This document shows positions 37,237-46,116 of a DNA stretch of 64,000 bases, in pieces (position 1 is the stretch's first letter; every line of letters starts with the position of its first letter). This stretch comes from Bryobacteraceae bacterium (GTDB lineage Bacteria; Acidobacteriota; Terriglobia; Bryobacterales; Bryobacteraceae). Made by a program: the position numbers and the translations under genes. The stretch spans positions 9,636 through 73,635 of the forward strand of contig JBPCLH010000070.1 in assembly GCA_051003475.1 (NCBI GenBank). The letters are read 5' to 3'. Below the pieces are notes generated by a model, which searched no databases, was not told the origin of the DNA, and saw only the letters and a list, made by a program, of their open reading frames with translations.

Positions 37237-38883
37237 TTACTGCGACACAGCCCGTGCAATCTGGACGTGACTGAGGGAGCTCGCGTATTGCGATATGCCC
37301 TTGAAAAGAGCTTCTGCAATCCTAGCGCGTTGGTCTGTCCTATTGAACAGCCTCTCGTCATGAGGATTCGAGACGAAACCGATCTCCGCAAGAATCGACG
37401 GCATGGTCGCGCCGATCAGGACGACGAATGGCGCTTGGCGCACACCGCGATCTCGCGAGTGGCTGTTCATTCTCACAGAGGTTCCCCAGAGCGAAGCCTG
37501 CACTTTCTGCGCGAATTCGCGCGACTCATCCGATTTCGTCTTCAATACGGCTTTATGCAGTAAGTCGTTCAAATCGGAAATGGAACTAACAGAAGTCGCA
37601 TTCTCGCGCGTGGCGAGATCCAACTCGGTTTTGTCCGCCGTGAGATTGAAATAGTAAGTCTCGATACCCGTTGCGCTGGGCTCAGGCGAGGAATTCGCAT
37701 GAATCGAGATGAACAGATCAGCCTTCTCGTCATTCGCGATTTTGGTGCGATCCTCGAGAGGAATGAAAACGTCGTCGGAGCGTGTGTAGACAACTTCCGC
37801 GCCGAGCTGCTGATTGATCAGCTTTCCAAGACGCAGAGCGACGTCTAACACGAGGTCCTTTTCCATCAAACCGTGAGGGCCGATGGTTCCTGTGTCGTGG
37901 CCCCCGTGTCCGGCATCGATAACCACCTTGCCCAGCTTCAATCCAAATACGCGGACCAGGGATCGATCACCGCCGCTGTCCGTTTTTGCCGGAGTCGCAA
38001 TTCTGAGTCCACGGTTCAGCGTGACAGAAGAAGTCGCGAGGAGGGAGCCGGTTCTCAACCGCGCGTCCACTTTCAGGTTGGCAGTCGGATTGACGCGCTG
38101 AGGGTCACGCCTTTGAGAAGAGGTAATCGCGGAAGGTGAGGGCGGTCGATTATGCTCGGTTTTCGAGTTAACCACCGTCGTTACGCCGGGAGTAGGAGAG
38201 TCGATTCGAGGCGTCGTGTTTATCTGAGGCGGTGACGAGAGGTTGGATGTATCTTCGGATGTTTCCATGGATGTATCTGACGATCCAACCGCAATGCCCT
38301 CCAATGGCGGCCTGTTCAGAGCGGGCAGCGCCGACTCGGGCGACGACGCTGAAGCACTCGCGGCAGCAATGTTCGTGTTCTCCGGCGAAGAAACGTCTTC
38401 GGGATTAGAGCCTAAGCGCTTTGACCCGGTGATGCTATGGGTCACGGAGAGAGCCGGAAGACTGGTGCCCTTGGGGCGGATTTCGATGACCAGCCGCTCG
38501 GGGTTGACCAGCTCAGATGAGACGACCTCAACCGGGCCCTCGAGGTCGAAAACAACACGAGTTGTGCCCGGGCTGACCTCCGCAATGCGAATTTGTCTAA
38601 GCCGACGGTCACCGACCTGAATTGTCTCGACGCCGTGATGACGCGCGGAGGGTGGCCTTAAACCGGTTAGATCGAAATACAGGCGTGAAGGATTATCGAT
38701 CTGATCAGATTTAAGCCTGTAATAGCCCTCAGTCTGAATGGCGACGCGCGTGACATCCCCAAACGACCAAAACCGGATGGCTTGAACGCGAGATGACATG
38801 TGCGATTGCGCTGACAGCTGCCCTGCGACGCACAAGGTCAGCGCGGCGGAAAAGTGGACGGCCGAGTGGGGGAGGCGGAACAT
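37237..38883 (-). CDS. N-acetylmuramoyl-L-alanine amidase (AmiC-like: AMIN domains, low-complexity linker, Amidase_3)
   Basis: 548 aa. Signal peptide, then two AMIN-like units (IRFWSFGDVTRVAIQT...YFDL; TRVVFDLEGPVEV), a ~150-aa S/P/T-rich linker, and VIDAGHGGHDTG...SIHANS (Amidase_3). Confidence 0.88.
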   Translation of the reverse strand: MFRLPHSAVHFSAALTLCVAGQLSAQSHMSSRVQAIRFWSFGDVTRVAIQTEGYYRLKSDQIDNPSRLYFDLTGLRPPSARHHGVETIQVGDRRLRQIRIAEVSPGTTRVVFDLEGPVEVVSSELVNPERLVIEIRPKGTSLPALSVTHSITGSKRLGSNPEDVSSPENTNIAAASASASSPESALPALNRPPLEGIAVGSSDTSMETSEDTSNLSSPPQINTTPRIDSPTPGVTTVVNSKTEHNRPPSPSAITSSQRRDPQRVNPTANLKVDARLRTGSLLATSSVTLNRGLRIATPAKTDSGGDRSLVRVFGLKLGKVVIDAGHGGHDTGTIGPHGLMEKDLVLDVALRLGKLINQQLGAEVVYTRSDDVFIPLEDRTKIANDEKADLFISIHANSSPEPSATGIETYYFNLTADKTELDLATRENATSVSSISDLNDLLHKAVLKTKSDESREFAQKVQASLWGTSVRMNSHSRDRGVRQAPFVVLIGATMPSILAEIGFVSNPHDERLFNRTDQRARIAEALFKGISQYASSLSHVQIARAVSQ

Positions 38884-39073
38884 CTAAAGTCACTCAGCGA
38901 GTGTGTAAGTACAATCGCTCCTCCGAATCAGCAAGCTGCAAGGCACGGTGCCACGTGCTTTCAGACACTCGTTTGCAAGTAACCAGCTGCACCAAAGCAT
39001 GAGACAAAAACGGTAAAGCTTTGTTGGTTCGATTATACCTGGAAAATCTGCAAGCAAGTGTTACCATTTTTTC

Positions 39074-39634
39074 ATGCAAGCGGCTGGTTTCGTGCTAGTT
39101 GGCGGACGCAGCTCGCGAATGGGATGGGATAAGGCGCTGTTGCCGCTGAGATCGGGTCTGCTGATAGAGGAGATAGCGGCAAAGGTGTCTGCTGCCGCCG
39201 GCACAGCTGCGCTCGTCGGCGGCTCAGATCGGTACCGAAATCTTGGATTCGACTGTTTTCCCGATCCGCGTCCGGGAATGGGGCCCCTGGGCGGCATAGA
39301 AGCGGCGCTCGAGAGCGGGCGTGGTGAGTTAAATCTGATCGTCGCCTGCGACATGCCGGGGCTTGAGATTGATTGGCTTTGGCGACTTTTGCTGAAAGCC
39401 CGCCAAACCGATGCCCTGTGCGTGGCGAGCAGCGAGCGAAGTGGCGTCCTGCATCCTTTGTGTGCCGTTTACCGGAGCGGCTGCTTGCCTGCCGTGCGGA
39501 AGGCGCTCGACCAAGGCCGGTTGAGATTGATGGATCTGCTGGGCGAACTGAACGCCACTGCGCTAGAAAGTAGCACTGCAATGTGGAACATCAACACCCC
39601 TCAGGAATGGGCGGCGTGGGAACAGGCTCACTGA
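39074..39634 (+). CDS. mobA: Molybdenum cofactor guanylyltransferase
   Basis: 186 aa. Contains AGFVLVGGRSSRMGWDKALLP, GPLGGIEAAL and VACDMP. Confidence 0.85.
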   Translation: MQAAGFVLVGGRSSRMGWDKALLPLRSGLLIEEIAAKVSAAAGTAALVGGSDRYRNLGFDCFPDPRPGMGPLGGIEAALESGRGELNLIVACDMPGLEIDWLWRLLLKARQTDALCVASSERSGVLHPLCAVYRSGCLPAVRKALDQGRLRLMDLLGELNATALESSTAMWNINTPQEWAAWEQAH

Positions 39635-39649
39635 CGGTGGGCGCACGCC

Positions 39650-40426
39650 ATGCCGGTTGAGGATCACCCGCACTACATAGAATTCCGGGACGTCAGCAAG
39701 AAGTTTGATCATCCTGTCTTGATCGATGTAAGTTTTTACGTCGATGCCGGGAAGACACTAGCGATCATCGGGCGAAGCGGAGTTGGAAAATCTGTGACCC
39801 TAAGCCACATCATGGGTTTCCTGAAGCCCGACAAGGGAACCATCATCGTGGCGCATACGGATATCACCAACATGGTCGAGGCCGAGTTACGACGGATCCG
39901 GAAAAGGGTCACGATGGTGTTTCAGTCAGGCGCACTTTTCGATTCTCTGACCGTCGGAGAAAACATTCTCTTCTCTCTGGAGCTTCGAGAAGATTACAAC
40001 GAGCAGAACAAGGAAGAGGTAGTTAACGGCCTACTGGACATGGTGGATCTTTTACACGTCAAAGATCTGTTTCCAGCCGATCTATCTACAGGTTATAAAC
40101 GGGCCGTGGCAATCGCGCGAGCGCTTGCGGCGCAGCCTGAGTGCATCCTCTACGACGAGCCAACGACGATGGTAGATCCGATCATGTCGGACGATCTAGG
40201 CAATCTAATGCTTCGGCTGAAGCGCCAGCTAGGCTTGACTTCAATCGTAGTGACTCACGATCTTGATCTCATGCGCAAGGTGGCCGACTCAGTGGTTTTT
40301 CTGTATAAAGGCGAAGCGATCTACTTCGGGCCAGTGTCGGAACTGGCACAGTGCGAAGAGCCGCATGTAAAGCAGTTCCTGGCAATGGACAGAGTCGAGA
40401 TAGCGGGCAAAATCGAAGAGGCTTAG
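39650..40426 (+). CDS. ABC transporter ATP-binding protein (MlaF-like)
   Basis: 258 aa. Walker A GRSGVGKS, signature LSTGYKRAVAIARAL, Walker B ILYDEPT, H-loop VTHD. No permease gene is adjacent. Confidence 0.85.
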   Translation: MPVEDHPHYIEFRDVSKKFDHPVLIDVSFYVDAGKTLAIIGRSGVGKSVTLSHIMGFLKPDKGTIIVAHTDITNMVEAELRRIRKRVTMVFQSGALFDSLTVGENILFSLELREDYNEQNKEEVVNGLLDMVDLLHVKDLFPADLSTGYKRAVAIARALAAQPECILYDEPTTMVDPIMSDDLGNLMLRLKRQLGLTSIVVTHDLDLMRKVADSVVFLYKGEAIYFGPVSELAQCEEPHVKQFLAMDRVEIAGKIEEA

Positions 40427-41715
40427 GGCGCGGCGCCCAACTTTCTCTTAAACACACTCCACTGACGGCGGAACCATCCTTGCTCGGGCAACTTCGCATG
40501 AAGCTGACTTATGTTCAGGGCGCCAACTTTATTACCGTTTGCGGAAACCCCCGCGTGGTATTCTTCCTTGCCCGTCAGACGGACTCGCACGCCATCGAAA
40601 ACGTAATTGCGGCGCCACAGATTGTCGTCATCATCCTTCGTGATCAGTTGGAAAATGCGCTCAAACGTATCTGGGCCAGGCGAATCTACATGGACTGGGA
40701 AATAGCCTTCGAGGTCATGCTGGCGGTAGGAAGTTTCGTAACGGTGCCGACGGCGGTTCCACAGAAACACGCGCCAAGCGTCAAAGTCGTACGGTTCGGC
40801 AACGGAGGACGTGGTCCAAAGCCAGTTATGTTTCGTACCCTTGACTTCGTCGTGGACCGCCCCGAGGTCGAAGTAGGAAGTAATGCGTTTGCCTTCCGCG
40901 TACTGCGCCACTTCATCGGGGATCGACATAATCAAGTTGCGCGTGAGAACCCATCCCGTCTGATCGTCTTTCGTACGGACCAGCGACCAGTCCTCGAGAA
41001 TCACCGGTTTCCCGGGAGCTTCTATTTTGGTGACAGGTTTTTTTTCCCGATCAGCTTTCATCTCCGCAGTGCTGCTTGAGCCATCAATGCGCTCCGCCGA
41101 GAGCTCCTGCCAATTAGCGGGTGGCTTCGGAGCAGGCGGGTTAGGAGGAAGATGATAAATGGCCTTCGATTGCCTTTCTCTGCGTTGGCGGCGCGTTGAT
41201 GGCTGTGGTTTCTCGAAGATCAGCGCGGAGCCCGGTACTGGTCCGGCCGTTTTCGGCTGGAGTTTGTGACCTAGAACCGTGATCGAACCTGCCTCCTGAA
41301 TCCTGGCGAGTGCGGGAGATTGCCGGTTCGGTTCAATATGAACGTTCAGTGCTTCGAAGACCGTGGCGGAGCCCTCCGATGGCAGCGCCAGTGCGTGTTG
41401 CCTGTCGTGGCGTATCTGGTCCATTTGTTCGGAACTGAGAAGCTGGGTAGAATCGATCCAGCCCTCAACGCTGTTCGCGGTGCGAACCTTCACGAACCGG
41501 CGACGAACGTCCAGGATGCTAACGCGATCGCCATGTTTGAGCAAGGCGACTGTGCTGTTCTTCTGCGTGAGCTCGTGGCGAAGATTTATCGATGCTGGGG
41601 CGACGTACGCCTCTCCGATGGCACTACTCGACTGCGTACCGCAGCTCGTCAGCGCGAAGAATACAGTTAACGCGAACGCGTAACACGTTGCAAGGCGCAC
41701 CAATGACCGATGCAT
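40423..41715 (-). CDS. SH3b-domain lipoprotein, function unknown
   Basis: 430 aa. Lipobox ALTSCG. SH3b-like segment (LKHGDRVSILDVRRRFVKVRTANSVEGWIDSTQL). The remainder is unassigned. Confidence 0.6.
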   Translation of the reverse strand: MHRSLVRLATCYAFALTVFFALTSCGTQSSSAIGEAYVAPASINLRHELTQKNSTVALLKHGDRVSILDVRRRFVKVRTANSVEGWIDSTQLLSSEQMDQIRHDRQHALALPSEGSATVFEALNVHIEPNRQSPALARIQEAGSITVLGHKLQPKTAGPVPGSALIFEKPQPSTRRQRRERQSKAIYHLPPNPPAPKPPANWQELSAERIDGSSSTAEMKADREKKPVTKIEAPGKPVILEDWSLVRTKDDQTGWVLTRNLIMSIPDEVAQYAEGKRITSYFDLGAVHDEVKGTKHNWLWTTSSVAEPYDFDAWRVFLWNRRRHRYETSYRQHDLEGYFPVHVDSPGPDTFERIFQLITKDDDDNLWRRNYVFDGVRVRLTGKEEYHAGVSANGNKVGALNISQLHAKLPEQGWFRRQWSVFKRKLGAAP

Positions 41716-41773
41716 GTCGCAGGATGGCTTTACGAGAGTAGTCTAGCGCGTGGATCGCTTGCGCGAAGTACAG

Positions 41774-42178
41774 CTATCCGAGAAGCCGGGCGAGTTCTTT
41801 CAGAATGCATCGGTTCATGACAACAGGAATACCGGCTGATTCCGCTTTCTGGGCGGCCGCATCGTTGACAATACCTTCCTGCATCCAGATGCAGCGCGTC
41901 CCTTTTTGAATCGCGTCATCTACCGTGTCTGGAACTTTTTCGGAGCGGCGAAAAATATCAACAATATCGATATCGTCCGGCACGTCCCGCAGACAGGCAT
42001 AGGCGCGCTCGCCGAGAACCTCGGTTTCCTTCGGATTGACGGGAATGATGCGGTAGCCTTGCCGCTGCAGAAACCTGGAAACACCGAAGCTTGCGCGCAT
42101 TCGATTATTCGATAGGCCAACTACGGCAATTGTCTTGGCCTGTCGCAGCAGTTCAGCGATTTGTGTGTCGTTCATCAT
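41774..42178 (-). CDS. CoA-binding domain protein (YccU-like)
   Basis: 134 aa. Contains KTIAVVGLSNN..R.S and YRIIPVNPK..EVLG, as in the CoA_binding_2 family. Confidence 0.8.
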   Translation of the reverse strand: MMNDTQIAELLRQAKTIAVVGLSNNRMRASFGVSRFLQRQGYRIIPVNPKETEVLGERAYACLRDVPDDIDIVDIFRRSEKVPDTVDDAIQKGTRCIWMQEGIVNDAAAQKAESAGIPVVMNRCILKELARLLG

Positions 42179-42932
42179 GTTTCAACGCATGCTGCGCGGC
42201 GACGTCCCCGTTCGATTGTAGGATCTTGCGAAACCGAGCAACCTCTACATTGGTCAACGTGCGATATGCGCCTGGTTTTAGGTTCCCTAATTCAAGAAAG
42301 GCAATCTTGATGCGCTTCAGCTTTTCAACCAAGTGGTCGAAGTGCTTGAACATAATCCGAATCTGATTTTGACGGCCTTCGATCAAACGAACTTCATACC
42401 AAGGGTTCTCCCCTTTCCGAATCAATTTCAACCCAGCAGGTGCGGTCCGGCGCCCATGCATCGGGATGCCGCGACGAAACTGCTCCTCCTGCTCCGAGGT
42501 GAGCGCGCCATTCACTTTGACAAGGTAAGTTTTCGTAACATGGCTCTCAGGCGACATGAGCCTATTTGCGAACTCGCCGTCATTCGTGAGCAGCAACAGG
42601 CCTTCGCTTGCATAGTCCAGCCGTCCGACGGGATAAATACGATCCTGCAAGCCTTTGAAAAAGGAAATCACCGTTTGACGCTTTTGCGGATCGTGGAGCG
42701 TCGTCACGCAATTTTTCGGCTTATTAAAGGCAAAGTAGAGGTGATGCTTCGGTGCCGTCAGTGTGCGACCATCCACCTTGACGCGGTCCACGGATAAATC
42801 AGCTTTCGAACCAAGCTCACTGACGGTTTGGCCGTTCACCGAGACCCGACCTGCCGAAATCAGTTCTTCTGCTTTCCGCCGACTCGCCACGCCCGCATGC
42901 GCCAGGATCTTTTGCAGGCGTTCTTCAGCCAT
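42153..42932 (-). CDS. rluB: RluB/RsuA-family 23S/16S rRNA pseudouridine synthase
   Basis: S4 domain (RLQKILAHAGVASRRKAEELI..GRVSVNG) plus PVGRLDYASEGLLLLTNDG (catalytic Asp). I trimmed the start to the internal ATG at 42932 (MAEERLQK). The tracked ORF extends to 43016, inside scpB. Confidence 0.85.
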   Translation of the reverse strand: MAEERLQKILAHAGVASRRKAEELISAGRVSVNGQTVSELGSKADLSVDRVKVDGRTLTAPKHHLYFAFNKPKNCVTTLHDPQKRQTVISFFKGLQDRIYPVGRLDYASEGLLLLTNDGEFANRLMSPESHVTKTYLVKVNGALTSEQEEQFRRGIPMHGRRTAPAGLKLIRKGENPWYEVRLIEGRQNQIRIMFKHFDHLVEKLKRIKIAFLELGNLKPGAYRTLTNVEVARFRKILQSNGDVAAQHALKHDERHTNR

Positions 42933-43743
42933 CACTTCGCTGTTCTTGCGAGTGTTTCGCTTCCGATCGCTGGTTTTCGGCGTGGGCACCCGTGTCTGCC
43001 AGTAGGTCTGGCGCACTCAGATCAGCACTCGCTTCTGTACCGCTCTTTATTGAGCCACTCTCGTCAGAATCGCTTAAGGCAAAGCGTCCAAGCTCTTCGA
43101 ACTCCTTAAGGGTCGGCAACTCCGCGAGCGAGCTAAGGCCGAATTGAATCAGAAACTCGCGCGTGGTCTTGTACAGAATCGGCTTGCCCAGGACATCTTT
43201 TCTTCCAGCGGCGGCGATCAGCTTCCGGTCCAGCAACGTTTTCAAAACCCCGGCACCTTGGACTCCGCGGATCTCCATCACTTCTGGAGCGGTGATCGGT
43301 TGCTTGTAGGCGATGACAGCGAGAGTTTCTAGCGCGGGAAGCGAGAGTTTGAGCGATGGCTGCAGGTTCTTCACGAAGCGGCGAATCGATTCGTGATGTT
43401 CGGGCTTGGTCGCCATCTTGTAGCCGCCAGCAAGTTCTCGGATCGATAAGCCGCGATCCGGGGCAGCATACTCCGTGACGAGTTGGTTCAGAATTTCTTT
43501 TACGCGATCGGTTGGCTGCTCAACGGCTGAAGCGATTTGCTCTGGCGTGAGTGGCTCATCTGTGATGTAGATGGCCGCCTCGATCACTGCTTTCAAAGTT
43601 GCCGGGGAATTCGTGCTCGAATCCGGCTGCGGCATCGTTTCTGAAATCAGCAGTTCGCGTTCTGTTGCGGCCTCATCAGATCCACTCTCGCGAGCTGTTT
43701 CGTCCGTACTCGCGATGTTACTTTCATCTTGCAGTTCCTGCAT
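42925..43743 (-). CDS. scpB: Segregation and condensation protein B
   Basis: 272 aa. Contains AIYITDEPLT..QI and LETLAVIAYKQPITAPEVMEIRGV (tandem winged helices). It lies immediately downstream of scpA. Confidence 0.88.
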   Translation of the reverse strand: MQELQDESNIASTDETARESGSDEAATERELLISETMPQPDSSTNSPATLKAVIEAAIYITDEPLTPEQIASAVEQPTDRVKEILNQLVTEYAAPDRGLSIRELAGGYKMATKPEHHESIRRFVKNLQPSLKLSLPALETLAVIAYKQPITAPEVMEIRGVQGAGVLKTLLDRKLIAAAGRKDVLGKPILYKTTREFLIQFGLSSLAELPTLKEFEELGRFALSDSDESGSIKSGTEASADLSAPDLLADTGAHAENQRSEAKHSQEQRSDG

Positions 43744-43752
43744 CGCGGTTTA

Positions 43753-44535
43753 TCAGTGATATTCCTTCTCTACCGCGGCCAGATCGTGAGCGTACTGCTG
43801 TGATTCTTGAAAACCTGACCCTCTCACCAGATCAATATCGCCGAAAGCCTCGCTCTGTGTAAGTTCCACTGCGTGATCTTTGACAAGCTCGAGAATCGCA
43901 AGGAAGAGGCAGATCATGGCTCGACGGCTGCGCTGCCCTTCAAACAGCTGGATGGCAGAGATGGGCTGCTTCCGGGATCGGCCGAGCTGATGCTGCAAAT
44001 ACTGGATCATGTCCGAAACACTGACGTCGTCGCTGTTTACCCGGTAAGTCGGGCGGTTCTTTGCACGGTCCACGACGATTTGGAATGTCCTGACGAGATC
44101 GAATACTGTGACGGCTAGGTTGGGGCGTTCGTCTTCCGACAGGAACTGCTGAATGTGCGGGTTTGACCAGAGCGCTTCTTCGATGACACGCTTTTGCTGC
44201 AACATTTCCGCTGCGTTTCTGAACCGCTCGTGCTCAAGAAGCCGATCAACCAGTTCCTTGCGTGGATCTTCCGCCGGCGAAATTTTGTCGAGCTCGGGGT
44301 CCTGCGGCAGCAGCATTTTGCTCTTGATATGGATAAGAGTTGCGGCCGTGTACACGAACTCGGAACTGAGCTCTATATCGAGTTCGAGGGCTTTCTGCAT
44401 GTAGTCGAGATACTGCGCAGTGATGCGGGCGATGGGGATGTCGTAGATATTGATTTGCTGCTTGCGAATGAGGTCAAGCAGGAGATCAAGCGGCCCCTCG
44501 TATTGTTCAAGCTGGAAGTTCAAGGGGAACGACAC
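43753..44535 (-). CDS. scpA: Segregation and condensation protein A (kleisin)
   Basis: 260 aa. The N-terminus is FEGPLDLLLDLIRKQQINIYDIPIARIT.QYL. Confidence 0.9.
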   Translation of the reverse strand: MSFPLNFQLEQYEGPLDLLLDLIRKQQINIYDIPIARITAQYLDYMQKALELDIELSSEFVYTAATLIHIKSKMLLPQDPELDKISPAEDPRKELVDRLLEHERFRNAAEMLQQKRVIEEALWSNPHIQQFLSEDERPNLAVTVFDLVRTFQIVVDRAKNRPTYRVNSDDVSVSDMIQYLQHQLGRSRKQPISAIQLFEGQRSRRAMICLFLAILELVKDHAVELTQSEAFGDIDLVRGSGFQESQQYAHDLAAVEKEYH

Positions 44536-44643
44536 TAGCTACACCATAACATGCAAAAAGTGGTCTTCGGCAAACCGACGGAACGCGTCATCGAGCTGCC
44601 AAAGAGTCAATGCGCTATACATAGACACTGATCGGAGATTGAA

Positions 44644-46116
44644 TTGAGTATTGCGCCGTTACTCGACATTATTCATACTGCTGCCTTAGAGTCGTGGACG
44701 GAACGAAACAAGATAGCGTTCGATGCTCTCTTCGGAAGTCCAGACGGGCGTTATCCGAAGTCTGCTGCTAAAGCGACTACGCTACGCGCTCCCGAGATGA
44801 ACCCAGAATTCGGCGTGCCGTTTGCGGCTTATATACATCCATCCAACCCCTCGTCCGGGCCTTATAGCGGACTTTCTTTCGTGATCTTCCCGGTTGCCGA
44901 TCATCCAAGCCTTTTTGGCATGGTGATTGGGACACAAGGCCTCTCACCCGATGAAGCAATTCTTGGTCGACCAGGTCACGCAAGAAAAGTCCAGGCGATC
45001 TGTTCTTGGCTGAATCACGAGTACGGGGGCGGCGAGTTCGTCGCTTGGGCGAAACACGACCCCACTCGAACTGATATTGCGATTCCTGCTAGCGTCAGAA
45101 ACGCGTGGCCGGGATACAAGGATGTCTTTGACCGATACGGAAAGGAAATGTACGCCTTGTACTGTCCAAGATCCGATCGGATTGCGACGGAAGCAGCGTT
45201 AACCGCATTTTTAGACCTTCTCTTTGAAGAGCGGGGCTATGTACCTAATGCCAATTGTCAGGCCAACTACAATGCCATTCGAGCTAGATGGTTCGAGCAT
45301 CTAATGCCGAGCATGGATCAGGGCCAAATTGCGAATCTACTTGCCAAGCGACGCTACGCAATCATCCAGGGTCCACCCGGTACCGGCAAAACGATGATGG
45401 CGACTGAGCTGCTCAGAGAGGAATACGGCGGTCGAGGAAGAAGTATCCAGTTCCATTCCAATACAACTTATGAGAATTTCATCGGCGGCCTTGCGCCAGT
45501 GAATACGGGCAGTGAACTGGGGCTACGATTTGCGCCTGTGCCGGGTGCTTTGATGGAAATCGCTGCACAAGCAATGCAAGATCTAACGCGCAAGTACCTC
45601 TTGCACATCGATGAGATCAATCGAGCTGACCTTGCGAAAGTTCTTGGAGAAGCGATGTTCTTGCTTGAGGTAAGCTCCGAATTCGAGCGTCAGATTGATC
45701 TGCCTTATGACTTCGGAGAGCCGTTTCATAAGAAATTCTTCATACCGCAGAATTTGCACATCTTGGGAACCATGAACAGTGCTGACCGTAGCATCGCGAT
45801 CGTGGACATCGCGCTTCGTCGCCGGTTCGCCTTCGTTCCGCTGTGGCCACGTATGAGCGTGGTTGAGCAGCACGGGTGCGCGACTTTGCAAGAAGCCTTT
45901 CGGAACCTCGTCTCGATTTTTGTCGAACATGCCGCTGACGATGCATTTCCTCTGTTGCCGGGGCACTCGTACTTTCTGGAATCGGAGGAGAACCGGGCCA
46001 AACAGAGTCTGCATGTGAACCTCGTCCCATTGCTCGAGGAATATCTTGCGCAAGGATATGTCAGCGGCTTCGCTGAACCAATACGGGCCTATCTCCAACA
46101 GATAACAGTTTTGTGA
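44644..46116 (+). CDS. McrB-like AAA+ NTPase with a divergent ~225-aa N-terminal domain
   Basis: 490 aa. TTG start with GGAG 6 nt upstream. Walker A GPPGTGKT (aa 243-250), Walker B LLHIDEINRAD, and the McrB signature GTMNSADRSIAIVDIALRRRFAF. Confidence 0.82.
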   Translation: MSIAPLLDIIHTAALESWTERNKIAFDALFGSPDGRYPKSAAKATTLRAPEMNPEFGVPFAAYIHPSNPSSGPYSGLSFVIFPVADHPSLFGMVIGTQGLSPDEAILGRPGHARKVQAICSWLNHEYGGGEFVAWAKHDPTRTDIAIPASVRNAWPGYKDVFDRYGKEMYALYCPRSDRIATEAALTAFLDLLFEERGYVPNANCQANYNAIRARWFEHLMPSMDQGQIANLLAKRRYAIIQGPPGTGKTMMATELLREEYGGRGRSIQFHSNTTYENFIGGLAPVNTGSELGLRFAPVPGALMEIAAQAMQDLTRKYLLHIDEINRADLAKVLGEAMFLLEVSSEFERQIDLPYDFGEPFHKKFFIPQNLHILGTMNSADRSIAIVDIALRRRFAFVPLWPRMSVVEQHGCATLQEAFRNLVSIFVEHAADDAFPLLPGHSYFLESEENRAKQSLHVNLVPLLEEYLAQGYVSGFAEPIRAYLQQITVL

